A stretch of DNA of 64,000 bases from Octopus sinensis (taxonomy: Eukaryota). A model generated the notes under the pieces. It did no database searches and was not told the origin of the DNA. It was given only the letters and a program-made list of their open reading frames with translations. A program made the position numbers and the translations under genes. Shown here in pieces: positions 50,127 to 63,344 of this stretch; position 1 is the first letter of the stretch, and each line of letters opens with the position of its first letter. The stretch spans positions 43,276,001 to 43,340,000 of the forward strand of contig NC_043006.1 in assembly GCF_006345805.1 (NCBI RefSeq), given 5' to 3'.

Positions 50127-51339
50127 TATAACAAACTTTGGTTGTAGAACAAACATCAAATTTAAGGTCATCCACCCAACATATCACATCTCGAACATTT
50201 AATCACATATGAAAAAACATAATGCTTTTTCTTATACATAGAATACAGATGGATAAAATCACAGAAGATGAAGCAATAATTCATTTGGACAAGCATATAA
50301 AACAAAAATGTTTGAGTACAGTCTATCGCAATTAAAAATTAATACTTCAACATCTAAAAAATTTTTTTTCAACATTATAACACCTAGAATAATAAATATA
50401 TAAAAATATAAAAATATCATCAGCATCATCATCGTTTAGCGTCCGTTTTCCATGCTAGCATGGGTTGGACGGTTCAACTGGGGTCTGTGAAGCCAGAAGG
50501 CTTCATCAGACCCAGCCAGATCTGGCAGTGTTTCTACGGCTGGATGCCCTTCCTAACGCCAACCACTCCGTGAGTGTAGTGGGTGCTTTTTACGTGCCAC
50601 CTGCACAGGTGCCAGACAGAGCTGGCAAACGGCCATGAACGGATGGTGCTTTTTATGTGCCACCGGCACGGGGGCCAGGCGAGGCTATTGATATATAAAA
50701 ATACCTATTTATAAGAAACATATAAATATATAATATATAAGGTAAGATAAAAGTTCATCGATTTCCACATGGCCTCAGACTCAACACAGAGGCCTACACC
50801 AAATGTCTGGAGGAAGTAGTCCTGCCCTGGATCAAGAGGGTGGCTGCTGGAAGAGCCTATGTTTGGCAACAGGACTATGCACCATGCCACACAAGCAGGA
50901 GAACCCAGTGATGGCTGTCAGATAATTTCTGAGACCACATCACCCCTAAATCCCCAAAATGCAATCCTCTTGATGAACTTTTATCTTACCTTATATATTA
51001 TGTATTTATATGTTTCTTATATATATATATATGTATTTTCGTATATTTATATATTTTTATATTTTTATATATTTATTATTCTAGGTGTTATAATGTTAAA
51101 AAAATTTTTTTAGACGCTGAAGTATAATTTTTAATTGCGATAGAATGTATTCACACATTTTTTTTTCATTTGCTTGTATAAATGAATTATTGTTTCATCT
51201 TCTGTGATTTTATGCATCTGTATTCTATGTATATAAGAAAAAGCATTATGTTTTTTTATGTGATTAAATGTTTGAGATGTGATTTGTTAGGTGGATGACC
51301 TTAAATCTGTTGTTTATTCTACAACCAAAGTTTATTATA
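50127..51339. mobile_element. Fold-back element with ~360-bp AT-rich inverted arms; an RTE tail is inserted in the left arm (50418-50686)
   Basis: 50127-50415 plus 50687-50759 is the reverse complement of 50972-51339. Confidence 0.85.
50760..50971 (+). pseudogene. Tc1/mariner DD37D (maT)-type transposase catalytic fragment
   Basis: FPHGLRLNTEAYTKCLEEVVLPWIKRVAAGRAYVWQQDYAPCHTSRRTQ*WLSDNF*DHITP..P.CNPLD. Confidence 0.8.
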
Positions 51340-52347
51340 TATATATATATTCTCCTCTTCTTGAGCACAGCGAACTGCCAATGATGAAAATGATGATGAT
51401 GATAACAACAAATGTGATGATAATGATGACGATGATGATTAAAGCTGAGCCAAGGCAGAAAAATTAATAATGGTGTGAAATAGTTAAGGGCTGCAAGTTT
51501 GATTTTTGTAACAGGTCTTCATATAGTACAGGGTTCTAACCAAAGGTGAATTTTAAGACTTCAAGCACAAGAAAACAGTTCCGAGCAATGCTAAAAGCAT
51601 GTTTTTTTTTTCCATGTTGCACAAACGATGTACCACTCATGCAAGAATTGCAGAAACGATAGTTTGAGTGTTACGAGATAATATTTACATGAAAACCAGG
51701 CACGGAGGCTGAAAGTTATCTTAAGTAACTCTAAAGCAGAATATTTCCAACAATTAAACAACAAAGGGAACACAATCAATATACAGATGGCACTCTCTTT
51801 ATATTCCTGTATATTGGCTGGTCATAAATTATCAGGATCAAATGTTTTCCTGCCTACCAACTACCATAACCTAACAACAGCCAAATTAACAAGTTAATTC
51901 TATGTTATCACATAGCTTGCAGAATAATAATACATTAATTTAATTTATATATTAACCAAAATTTTTACAATCGGTAAATTATATAAGAACTAAAGGTATT
52001 CAGCAACACAAAGTTCCTAACTTTTTCAGTTATGTGAGGAGGATTAAATAAGCTTGGTTGTAATTGTATGATTGTATGTAGTTGCCCTTTCATGTTGCTT
52101 TTATGTTCAGTCGTGTTGATACATAAATTCAATTCAATCCAAAACTGAACCTATGATCTTTTTGAATATTTTGTTATGTTTTGTGAATATATATATATAT
52201 ATATATATATTTATATCTATGTATGTATATTGATATATATATATTTGTGTGTGTATGTGCACGCATGTGTGTGTGGGGGTGTATGTGTGCACGTGAATGA
52301 GTGTATGTGTACAAATATCAATGTATATAAATATATATATAAGTATG

Positions 52348-52405
<58 letters not shown>

Positions 52406-52434
52406 ACACATGTGTATATATACATACATATACC

Positions 52435-52469
<35 letters not shown>

Positions 52470-52757
52470 GAGAGAGAGAGACATACATGTATATATATAT
52501 ATATATTTATATACACACTCACATGTGTATTTATACATGCATATATATTGTATAAATACATATGTGTGCATATATATGTATAAACTATATATTTATATTT
52601 ATGCATTTGCGTCTTTATGTAAGTGTGTCTATATCACTGTGTTTGCATATATCTATATACTTATGTATGGCAGTGATATATATATATATCTATACTTATA
52701 CATACTTATCTATACTTTATATAATATATATGTATATACTTATATATATATACTTAT

Positions 52758-52818
<61 letters not shown>

Positions 52819-53647
52819 CATATATATATTATATATATATTATATATACACACACACATACACATCGACACGAAGACCAGAGAGTAAGATATATTAATAT
52901 TTGTTTCTATATGTATTGATATATGTATAAAAACAGTCAAATATTTATTGAAAGCACACACAATATATTTAAATAGAATATCAGATATACTTTTACAAAT
53001 AAAAGCTTGACAGTGACTTCGAAGCTTTTTCTCGATTGACATAATGAAGCTATAAAGTTTTTTTCAGTTTTCATTTTATATAATTTATATTTCTGCATAT
53101 CTGTTTAAACTAATCATAAAAATATTTCTTCATAAGACACAAAAGTACACTATTAAGTTATTCCTATTTTATAACTACTATGCTCTATTCACACAATGAA
53201 CCAAAAACTGTTAAAAAGGCTTTAAAAAACGAAAACATCAGTGTTACGAAGATCACTGAACTGGAATCTGAAATTCTGAAATCACTATCATCCTTTGTCT
53301 TCTATATACATGTGTGTGTGTGTGTGTGTGCATGTGAGTGAGAGAGAACGAGAGACAGAGACAGAGAGAGAATGGAAGAGAGAGAGGAAGTAGATTAGAT
53401 TAATACTTGCTTATTTATCATATATATATATCCTTTTGTTCTTTTACATTGTTTCCATCTGTGGCCACGTCTGTGGCCTTCAAGAGTTTCTAGCTGAACA
53501 AATCAACACCAGTATTTTTTTTTCTAACCTTAGTATTTATTCCATCAGTCTTATTTTGCTGAACTGCCAATTCACATGGACATAAACACACTAATACCAG
53601 TTGTCAAATGGTGAGGAGGACAACATCAAACATAAACTTATGCATGC

Positions 53648-53691
<44 letters not shown>

Positions 53692-53692
<1 letters not shown>

Positions 53693-54081
53693 GGAGTGGC
53701 TGTGGTAAGTAGCTTGCTTATGAACCACATGGTTCCGGGTTCAGTCCCACTGCATGGCACCTTGGACAAGTGTCTTCTACTATAGCCTCGAGCCGACCAA
53801 AGCCTTGTGAGTGGATTTGGTAGGCACAAACTGAAAGAAGCCAGTCGTATATATGTATATACATGTATGTGTATGTGTTTGTGTGTCTGTATTTGTCCCC
53901 CCAATATCGCTTAACAACCGATGCTTGTGTGCTTATGTCCCCGTAACTTAGCGGTTCAGCAAAAGACACCGATGGAATAAGTACTAGGCTTACAAAGAAT
54001 ACGTCCTGGGGTCGATTTGTTCAACTAAAGACGGTGCTCCAGTATGGCTGCAGTCAAATGACTGAAACAAGTAAAAGAGTA
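53692..54081 (+). mobile_element. SINE family A, full length
   Basis: Same consensus; followed by an inverted 5'-half copy at about 54095-54258. Confidence 0.9.
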
Positions 54082-54369
54082 TATATATGTACATATACGA
54101 CAGGTTTCTTTCATTTTCTATCTATGAAATCCACTCACAAAGCTTTGGTTTGACTGAAGTCATAGTAGATTACATTTACTCAAGGTGCTGTGCAGTGGAA
54201 CTGAACCCTGAACCATGTGGTTGGGAAGCAAGTATCTTACCACACAACCATGCCTCCACCAATAATATATATTCATAATTGAAAGTTACAGAAAGAAAAA
54301 AAAAGACGAAGGCAAGTGTATGAAAAACAAGCAGGTATATCAGTTTGATGCTCGGGAAAGTGAGAAAGT

Positions 54370-54405
54370 CTTTTACATTTTGAGCCCATGCTCTTCAACA
54401 GAAAG
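54370..54405 (-). ncRNA. Decayed minimal hammerhead motif in PLE-type terminal fragment (about 54330-54480)
   Basis: CTTT-CTGTTGA-A-GAGC ATGG GCTC-AAAA-TG-TA-AAAG; A6 and G12 altered. Confidence 0.45.
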
Positions 54406-55052
54406 AAATAAGAGAAAATAAACAAAGAGAGAGTAAAAAAGCTTGTGGACTTAGCGATCAAGCATGGTGACTGGTTATATAGCATATTTATATAATATTC
54501 AATTTTATACAGCTTAAAAGTGTGATGGGAAGCATGTGACATTACCAGATATTTTTGGTTCAGTAAACAGCTTCACACTCCACTCCTATGTTCCATGTAG
54601 TTTCAAAATAACCATCATATTGCAGGATAAGCTAGCATGTGGACTTTGAGCCACGTTGTAAGCAATAAGAAATAATGAAAACAAACTGGTTTTTAAGCTA
54701 TATAAAACATCTGCTGTTTCCAAAATCTGATTGGCACTTTCATTGTGCCAACCAATCAGCATGCATCTTCATGCATTAACAATAGAAAAAATATTTATTT
54801 GCTATTAATTCAACACCAAGACCGTATGACAATTGACTTGCACAATAGTGCCAATCGGCTTGGGGAAACACAGGTATGTTATATAAAGTTTTAAAATTCC
54901 AATTATGGTTTTTTGTGCATTTATCATTACTCCACATTACATTATTTGTGTATGTGTGTGTGTATATATATATACACACACACACACATCATATATATTG
55001 AATGTATGTATACACACGTCATACTTATTGAACATAAATATATGTACATATG

Positions 55053-55093
<41 letters not shown>

Positions 55094-55123
55094 ATGTATA
55101 TATGTATGTATTGATCAAAACAG

Positions 55124-55199
55124 TTTGATTCAAATTCATTGGTACTCCGAGAGTTTAAAGCATGATGCTAATCTTCAGCCATTTTGAATTTGAATCAAA
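55124..55199 (-). ncRNA. Decayed hammerhead motif with long stem I
   Basis: TGG-CTGAAGA-TT AGCA TCA TGCT TT-AAA-CTC TCG GAG-TA-CCA, extended by a 15-bp helix TTTGATTCAAATTCA/TGAATTTGAATCAAA; G12 missing. Confidence 0.55.
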
Positions 55200-55852
55200 G
55201 AAGTTGATTGTTATTACTGTAAGGCAGGCTCTGATTGGTCGAGGAAGGTCGCATGGTGTCGTGGTTTGATGTTGATATAACCATATATCAGTGGCAACAG
55301 TTGGGAAACACCACATGGTGAGCAGGAAAATCGACCACATTGTGGACAGGAAATCGTTCAGGTTATTGGAAGGAAGGTGAGAAGGGGCAGTATGCGCAAG
55401 TTGGATATGTGGGTGTGTGGACACGCTCATATGGTTTTGTTTGCATGTCTGTATTGATGCAAGCATGCACATCTGTACATGGGCACACATGCACACACCC
55501 ACACACACATACATATACAAATATACAAATACATGCATTGTGCATATGAATGAATACGCATGTATGGATGTGTGTGTGCATGCATGTGTATGTGTGTGTG
55601 CACATGTGCATGTCTGTTCATATATATACATATATATATATGTGTGTATGTGTATGTGTGGGCATATACATGCATGCCCATCTGCAGATGCACATGCTCG
55701 CATCAATATAAACATGCACAGAAAACCGTCTAAGTGCATCAACACCAACATATCCAACTATATACTTACACATACTGCCCCTTCTCACCTCCCCTCCAAC
55801 AACCTGATTGATTTCCTGTCCACCATGTGGTTGATTTCCTGTTCACATGTGG

Positions 55853-56035
55853 TACCATATGGGGTACCTTGTACTTTCCGAGAAACTGATCATAGAACTT
55901 ATCCTTGACATCTTGTGTGGAGTAGAGGGTTGATAAGCCCATCAGAAGTGTGCAGTTGAAGTGAGTGTATCTGCTCCAAACCATCACTGCTGAGTTCTAC
56001 CAACTCCAGCAGAGAGCTCTTCACAGCAGAGCCAA
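55853..56035 (-). pseudogene. LINE APE endonuclease fragment
   Basis: STLYSTQDVKDKFYDQ resembles the APE motif following SAYAPT. Confidence 0.55.
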
Positions 56036-56115
56036 CACCAACTAACTGTTATCACTGATATATGGTTATACTAACATCAAACCACAAAACCACATGACCT
56101 TCCTCAACCAACAAT

Positions 56116-57656
56116 TAGATGAACTTAGGTAGGGATAAAAGTAATAAAAGTCATTATTGTGAATTGTTAAAGAGATTCAAAAGCATACTGGTTTCATGAA
56201 TTTACAAATTATTGCTTTGAATGCACACCGATTACTGAACAGTGTCAGGTCTACTAGTCCCTGAGTAAAAAGATTATGTGTAAGGGAGGTAAGTTGTTCT
56301 GGATTTGGTGCAATTAGGGTAGATATAGATCTGTAATGTAAATGGTGTATGGGATGTATAGGGCTTAGTGGTATTAATTGAAAGGTTAGTAGTGTTCTCT
56401 ATTATGTTATGTGTTCATATTGAGTTGTGGAAAATATTTATTGATGAAAGTTGCCTCTTTATTCATTCTTTGTTGTACTGAGGTGTTCTGTGAACATTGA
56501 TAGAAGGGGAAAATTAGGAAATTAGGATTAAGATTCCTAGCACACCTTTCTATATGTTCACTAACCTGTATCTGTCTGTATTGTGGGTGGTAGATTTGTT
56601 CTTTGTGGAGAGTAGTTCTTCAATGGAGTAATATTCCTGTTTGGCCAATATAATTATTACCACAGCCTAAGCATGTAATGGCATAGATTAGATTTTCTGA
56701 GGCACAGGTGAAATTTTATTTAATCTTAAATATTTCACCTTGTTTAAAGTGGAACTCTGAACCCTCCAAGAGATGGGGGCAAGTACCACAGTTAGGTCGA
56801 CCACATTTTTTCACTTTTGGTTCTGTTGTTAATGGATATAGTCTTGCACTGGTTAATATTTTTTCAATGATTTAGGTTGCATTTTGCTTTTGATAATTTT
56901 GTGTGAGCCTAAAATTTTGTTCATTGTGTTATCTTCGGTGAGGATGGGAAGATTTTGGATGATAATGTTGAAAGCTTCGTTGTTTCTAGGTTTATATGTG
57001 GAGATGTATGGGAGTATTTTTAAGTCTGGTTTAGTATTTTGGTTGATTTCCCTTAATGTTCATATATCTATTTCCTTAGCTCATTTAATGCCATCATTTA
57101 TTAATGATATTGGGTAATGTCTTTTGATTAGTATTGATCTGAGTTCAAGGAGTCTTCGTTCACGAGTATAGGTGTCCGAAACTATGGTACAGATTTTTTT
57201 CACTAAATTATATGGTATATTAATTTTTATGTGTTTGGAGTGGCATGAGTTGAATAATAGGTATTGTCTAGAATCTGTGGGTTTATAGAAGATGTCTGTT
57301 TCGATGTGGTTATTGACTATTTTAATTAGGGTGTCAAGAAAAGGGAGTTGTTTACTGCTGTGCTCCATGGTGAATTACATGTTGCTATTAATATTGTTAA
57401 GCCTTATTTTGAAATCAAGGAGTTTGTCCATGCTGTCTTTCCAAAGTATAAAGCAATCGTCCTAATACCTCTTCCAGTTCTCCTTTAAATAGCAATCAAA
57501 TGAGGTGCCATATTTTTGTAGTGATGACTGATATATTTTAAGCTCTAGGTAACCCATCACAAAGTTTGCACAGCTCAGGTTCCCATTGCAATTCCACATT
57601 TTTGTCGATAGTGAACTGTATCGAACATGAAATAGTTGTTCAGTAGGATGAATTTG
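56116..57656 (-). mobile_element. Penelope-like element remnant: RT core and thumb, GIY-YIG endonuclease, 3' terminal region
   Basis: NYFMFDTVHYRQKCGIAMGT, KRY*DDCFILW, LPFLDTLI...TDIFYKPTDSRQYLLFNSCH, and NLIYAITCLGCGNNYIGQTG (about 56560-56700); 5'-truncated at (TA)n. Confidence 0.9.
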
Positions 57657-57695
57657 TATAATATATATAATATATATATATATATACACACACCC

Positions 57696-57875
57696 ATAAA
57701 AAGCACCCACTACACTCATGGAGTGGTTGGCGTTAGGAAGGGCATCCAGCCATAGAAACATTGCCAGATCAAACTAGGCCTGGTGCAGCCTTCTGGCTTC
57801 CCAGACCCCAGTTGAACTGTCCAGCCCACGCTCGCATGGAAAGCGGACGCTAAAACATGATGATGAATGATGATG
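57696..57875 (+). mobile_element. RTE 3' tail copy
   Basis: AAAAGCACCCACTACACTC...GGAAGGGCATCCAGCC...(GAT)n. Confidence 0.85.
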
Positions 57876-57961
57876 ATATATATATATATGCACATATATA
57901 TGTGTGTGTATATATATATATTATATATATTATATATATATATATATACATATATATAATA

Positions 57962-58025
<64 letters not shown>

Positions 58026-58028
58026 TAT

Positions 58029-58088
<60 letters not shown>

Positions 58089-58712
58089 TTTATATATATA
58101 TATATATCTATATATATATATATAAACACCCTATTGAACCCCTAGTGTGAAACCAATTAGTAAGATCACCCACAATGGATATATACACTGTACACTTTGA
58201 TTAATGTGTGTGTGTTTATACATATGTACATATTTATGCATATATATATATATATTTACATATATATATATATATATATACATCCCTATTTGAACTCCTA
58301 GTGTGTGACCAATTGATAAGATCAGCCATAATGGATATATACACTGTACACTTCGATCAATGTGTGTGTGTATGTATGTGTGTCTACATATATTCATCAT
58401 ACGTTTGGATTGTGATATAAATATTGGGAAGGAATTTGATAGAAGGAAGCTGGAAGAAACTTGCATGTATGTGTGTGTGTATTCATGTGCTTGTGAGTGT
58501 GTGTGCATGAGTATATGTCTGCATAAGTGTATGTGTGTGTGCGTGTATGTATGCACGAGTGTGTTTGTGTGGATATATGTGTTTTTTGTGTTTATACACG
58601 TGAATATCTATCTACCTATCTATATATATATATATATTCATGCATGCATCTTTTTTTTTTATTTTCACTGATTTCTGCCAAAGGCTGCAGTCATGCTGGG
58701 GTTCCACCTTTA

Positions 58713-58743
<31 letters not shown>

Positions 58744-59050
58744 TGTATGTATGTATGTATGTATGTATGTATGTATGTATGCATGTATGTATGTATGTAT
58801 GTAAGTATGTATATGTTTGTGACTGTTTACGTACCCATGTGTATGGTTACAATCTACCATGAGCTACACTAAAGATGGTGATATTACTGTTTGTAACTGG
58901 GCTGCAATCGGTGAGGTCAATATTTTTTTCACCAACAAATCATACACTAGCTAAGAGCTTTTGAACTCCCCTGTAATTAAATTCCTTTTACTTGAAAAGC
59001 AGACTTCAAAGAAATATATAGACAAATATATATATATGTAAATATATACA

Positions 59051-59100
<50 letters not shown>

Positions 59101-59113
59101 GTACATACATATC

Positions 59114-59155
<42 letters not shown>

Positions 59156-59163
59156 TACATATC

Positions 59164-59194
<31 letters not shown>

Positions 59195-59784
59195 ACATGC
59201 ATATATATATATAGATGTATATATATATATATATATATATACACTTATATCTGTATATATATAATATATATATATATAATATATATATTATATATATATA
59301 TACATGCGTATATATGTGTATATATAAATATAGATATGCATGCATGTATATGTATATATGCATGTGTGTTTGTGTAGATATAGTTATAGATGTATTATAT
59401 GTACATTCATATATATATATATGTGTGTGTTTTGTTAAATGCACAACTATGTTCAAATTTCATATTTTTTATTATATACATTCCATATTTCCTTATTAGC
59501 TTTGTGCTGTTGGTTTGGAACAATAGAGTTCCTAAATACACATCTGATGTTTCTAGGCTTTCACAGTCTCATTACCAACAATCCTTATTTCTTATATACT
59601 GATTGAATTCATGTAGGCTTTCCTGCAAATTGTTGGTTGCCCATTAGCATTATGCTTCAGCTGTCAAATGTTGATTTGTTTACCACAGTGAAATTTTGAT
59701 CCTTAATTTATTTTTTCATGTCAGAAATCCACATATTAAATTTTTATGTGTTTGCGTTTGAACATTTATTCTAACGTTTTATTG

Positions 59785-59990
59785 CTTTACTCTTTTACTT
59801 GTTTCGGTCATTTGACTGTGGCCATGCTGGAGCATTGCCTTTAGTCGAGCAAATCGACCCCAAGACTTATTCTTTGTAAGCCTACTGCTTATTCTATTGG
59901 TCTCTTTTGCTGAACCGCTAAGATACGGGGATGTAAACACACCAGCATCGGTTGTCAAGCAATGTTGGGGGGACAAACACAGACACACAA

Positions 59991-60023
<33 letters not shown>

Positions 60024-60195
60024 CATATATATACGACAGGCTTCTTTCAGTTTCCATCTACCAAATCCACTCACAAGGCTTTGGTTGGTCCGAGGCTATA
60101 GTAGAAGACAATTGCCCAAGGTGCCACGCAGTGGGACTGGATCTGGAATCATGTGGTTCATAAGCAAGCTACTTACCACACAGCAACTCCTACAC
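59785..60195 (-). mobile_element. SINE family A, full length
   Basis: Same consensus. Confidence 0.9.
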
Positions 60196-60559
60196 CTATA
60201 TGAGTGTGGTTTTCATAAATAGTCTTCTATTTTTGTGTGGAATTCCATAGAATATGTAAGAATTTTCCTCTAGTATTTTATCATCTAATTTCATTGGCTT
60301 GTTTAAAGCACCCATGCCAATGTCACATATAAAGCATCCATACTGGTGCCTCATTTGAAGCATTGTAAAGTCGTTGGCATCAGGAAGGGCATCCAGCTGT
60401 AGAAACCATTCCAAAACAGAACAATCAGAGCTTGGGCAGCACTCTAGCTGACCAGCACCTGTCAAAGCATCTTACCCATACAACCAAGGAAAATGATGAT
60501 GATGATCACGATGATGAAAGTGTGTGATGTAATATTGTGCAGTAGCAAGTACATGGGAA

Positions 60560-61790
60560 GACTATGGGAAAGTGTTGTGTTGGTCTGTCCTATATAACAT
60601 CTTGTGTCCTAAAACCTACAATATTCAGTGTTGATTTGCAGATCATGTTCATCATCTGCAGTTTGGATCTTGGGTCTCAAACAATTTGCTGATTTCCAGA
60701 TTTGTAGCCGAAGATGTGTAGTCATGCATTGTCATGATGTAGGTGGATTATTTCCAGATTCTTGTTCAGTCTCTTCTAATGGCTTTGCTAAACTTTCTGA
60801 ATGCCTGAATGCACTGCTCACTGTTCTCAGAACAGCCATGCTCCACAAAATCATCAAGAACGATTCCCTGGTGATGCAAAAGACGATAACTGTGACTTTC
60901 TCTACCTATGGCTGGTTTTTAAACATAGGCACATGAAGGCACGTAGCTTAATGTTTTGAGTATTTGACTCATAATCGAAAAGTCATGAGTTTGGCTCTCA
61001 GCAGCGCTTTGTGTCCTTGAGCAAGACATTATTTCACATTGCTCCAGTCCACTCAGCTGGCAAAAATGAGTTCTACGTCCAATTCAAAGGGCCAACCTTG
61101 TCACATTCTGTCTCATGCTGAATCTCTTTGAGATCCATGTTTAGAGTACACATGTCAACGAAGTACTCAACCACTTACATGTTTATTTCGTGGGTAGGCT
61201 GTTCCATTGATCAGATCAATTGGAACTCTTTTTAGACTTCTTAGGCTTTGAACGAGTGGTGTCATGCTATTCCATGGACTTGGCTTTTGCTTCCAGATCA
61301 GGAAAAACTGTCTTCATTGGCTTGAAATGCTTCAAGCAGATCAGAGCAGACTTCCACACTTCTATCTTTCAAATCAATGTTAACTCAGCAAAGTACACAC
61401 TTTACACACAATATCTGAAACCCAAAGTTTTCCACCTTCTTCCACCTTGCATTGTAACCACAGTCAAGTTGTACAATAAGTCTTGAATTGTGGTTCATCT
61501 GTACATGCAGATCAGTTCGTTCACTCACTAGCAATTTATGTCAGGGATCGCACTTGATGTTCACCCTCAGCTTGGTTTGTCTTCAATGCTGGTTTCCCCC
61601 TTCTTCAAACTGAAGTCTAATTTGTGTATAATGCTGTCGTCAATCGTTTTATCACCATAAGCAACATGTAATATTCTGTGGATGTCAGACAGCCTGCACC
61701 TCTCCCTTCATCTAGAACTCAATGATGGTGTGTTGCACATTCTTGGAACTCATTATTAGCCTGCAATGAAGAAGAGTTACTATAAAGAAA
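60560..61790 (-). mobile_element. Decayed mariner element interrupted by a SINE (about 60935-61225)
   Basis: Minus translation HRILHVAYGDKTI...KKGETSIEDKP (N-terminal) and HQGIVLDDFVEHG..NSEQCIQAFRK..KAIRR (catalytic region). Confidence 0.7.
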
Positions 61791-61822
61791 GAGCTGTTCT
61801 GCTAATAATGTGCAATTTGAAC

Positions 61823-62224
61823 AGGCGTAGGAGTGGCTGTGTCGTAAGTAGCTTGCTTACCAACCACATGGTTCTAGGTTCAGTCCCACTGCGTGGCACC
61901 TTGGGCAAGTGTCTTCTACTATAGCTTCGGGCCGACCAAAGCCTTGTGAGTGGATTTGGTAGACGGAAACTGAAAGAAGCCCATCGTATATATGTTACAT
62001 GTATGAGTGTGTATATGTATGTCCCCCCCCAACATCGCTTGACAACCGATGCCGGTGTGTTTACGTCCCCATAACTTAGCATTTCGTCAAAAGGGACCAA
62101 TAGAATAAGTACTAGGTATACAAGGAATAAGTCTTGGGGTCAATTTGCTCGACTAAATGTGGTACTTCAGCATGGCCACAGTCAAATGACTGAAACAAGT
62201 AAAAGAGTAAAAGAGTAAAAGAGC
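61823..62224 (+). mobile_element. SINE family A, full length
   Basis: AGGCGTAGGAGTGGCTGTG head to (AAAAGAGT)3 tail. Confidence 0.9.
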
Positions 62225-63344
62225 CTGTATAAGTTCATATTAGAATTTATTCTATTTTTGCATTACTTTGAATACAACGCTGATGTGTGTGTATGGATGT
62301 GATGTGTGTGTATGGATATGTGTGGGCATGTGTGTGTATGGAGAAGGAGAGCGAGAGAAAAGAGATAGATGTCAAGATCATTGACGTGAGACAATTAAGT
62401 AAAGGAGAGAGTATGTGATGGAAATGTTGAAGAACATAAAATATGATATTTATATATGTGGAAGTAAAGAAATAAGGTAAATGACAGGAAATAATGAAAT
62501 CGATACATATATATATTAGTAAGTTAGTAGTTTTCAATTACATTATCATCAGCATCATCAGCAACAGCAACAGTGTTATTGGCATCATCATCATCACCAT
62601 CATTGTCATCATCTTCATCAGTATCATCATGATCATCATCATCGTCATCTAACAGAAAATGTTGAATCATTAGATTGGAAATATCTATCTAATTTAAAAT
62701 GGAGTTTATGGGGAAAATGTTGAAATTTTTTCAAAAAATAAAGATCCTTAACAATTAATAAAGATAGGGAAGTTGAATATTGATTATAATAAAAATTTTC
62801 AATGTTAAGGAAAATATAGTTTAAAGATTAATTTTATAATTTGTATTTTATATATTAGGTGTGGTTATCTTTGGTTGATAATATTAAATCAATAAAGGCT
62901 TTAAATGCTTGAAAGAATAGCAATTTATGGCTTTAATTTAAAATATTTAATCGTTAATGCTTTATAATTTGCATTTAATGACAATCAACTGAAAGGGACA
63001 AAAAATTATATCATAATTTCAATGTTTTTAACTGAACAAAATTCCTTCCAGCAACATCCCCTTCCTTTACTTTTAAGAACAATGTATTGAATTTTGTATC
63101 AAAATCATCATTTATGAATATAAAGCTCATGAAATCTGATCTTTAGACAATATCATAGGAAATCTTAGAGGGTATTTACTTTCGCCTTTGTGGAAGAAAA
63201 TTCTTGGAGTTCCTACTGAATAAGAATATAAATGGATTCTTGTAGTTTGACATAGAAAATTATTGTTTATGTATAACTGAATCACTGATCATGAAACTAT
63301 TAATTTATGAAAACAATTGCAATCATCTCCGTAGAATATTCGCC

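Noticed and set aside
174-59499. Dozens of long YI/IY, HT/TH and CV/VC ORFs, and Thr-, His- or Met-rich ORFs (e.g. 27389-27892, 43110-43724)
   Set aside because: They are translations of (TA)n, (CA)n and (CAT/CAC)n microsatellites, with no splice or domain support.
62868-62876. miR-9-like TCTTTGGTT
   Set aside because: Diverges after 9 nt and has no complementary 3' arm.
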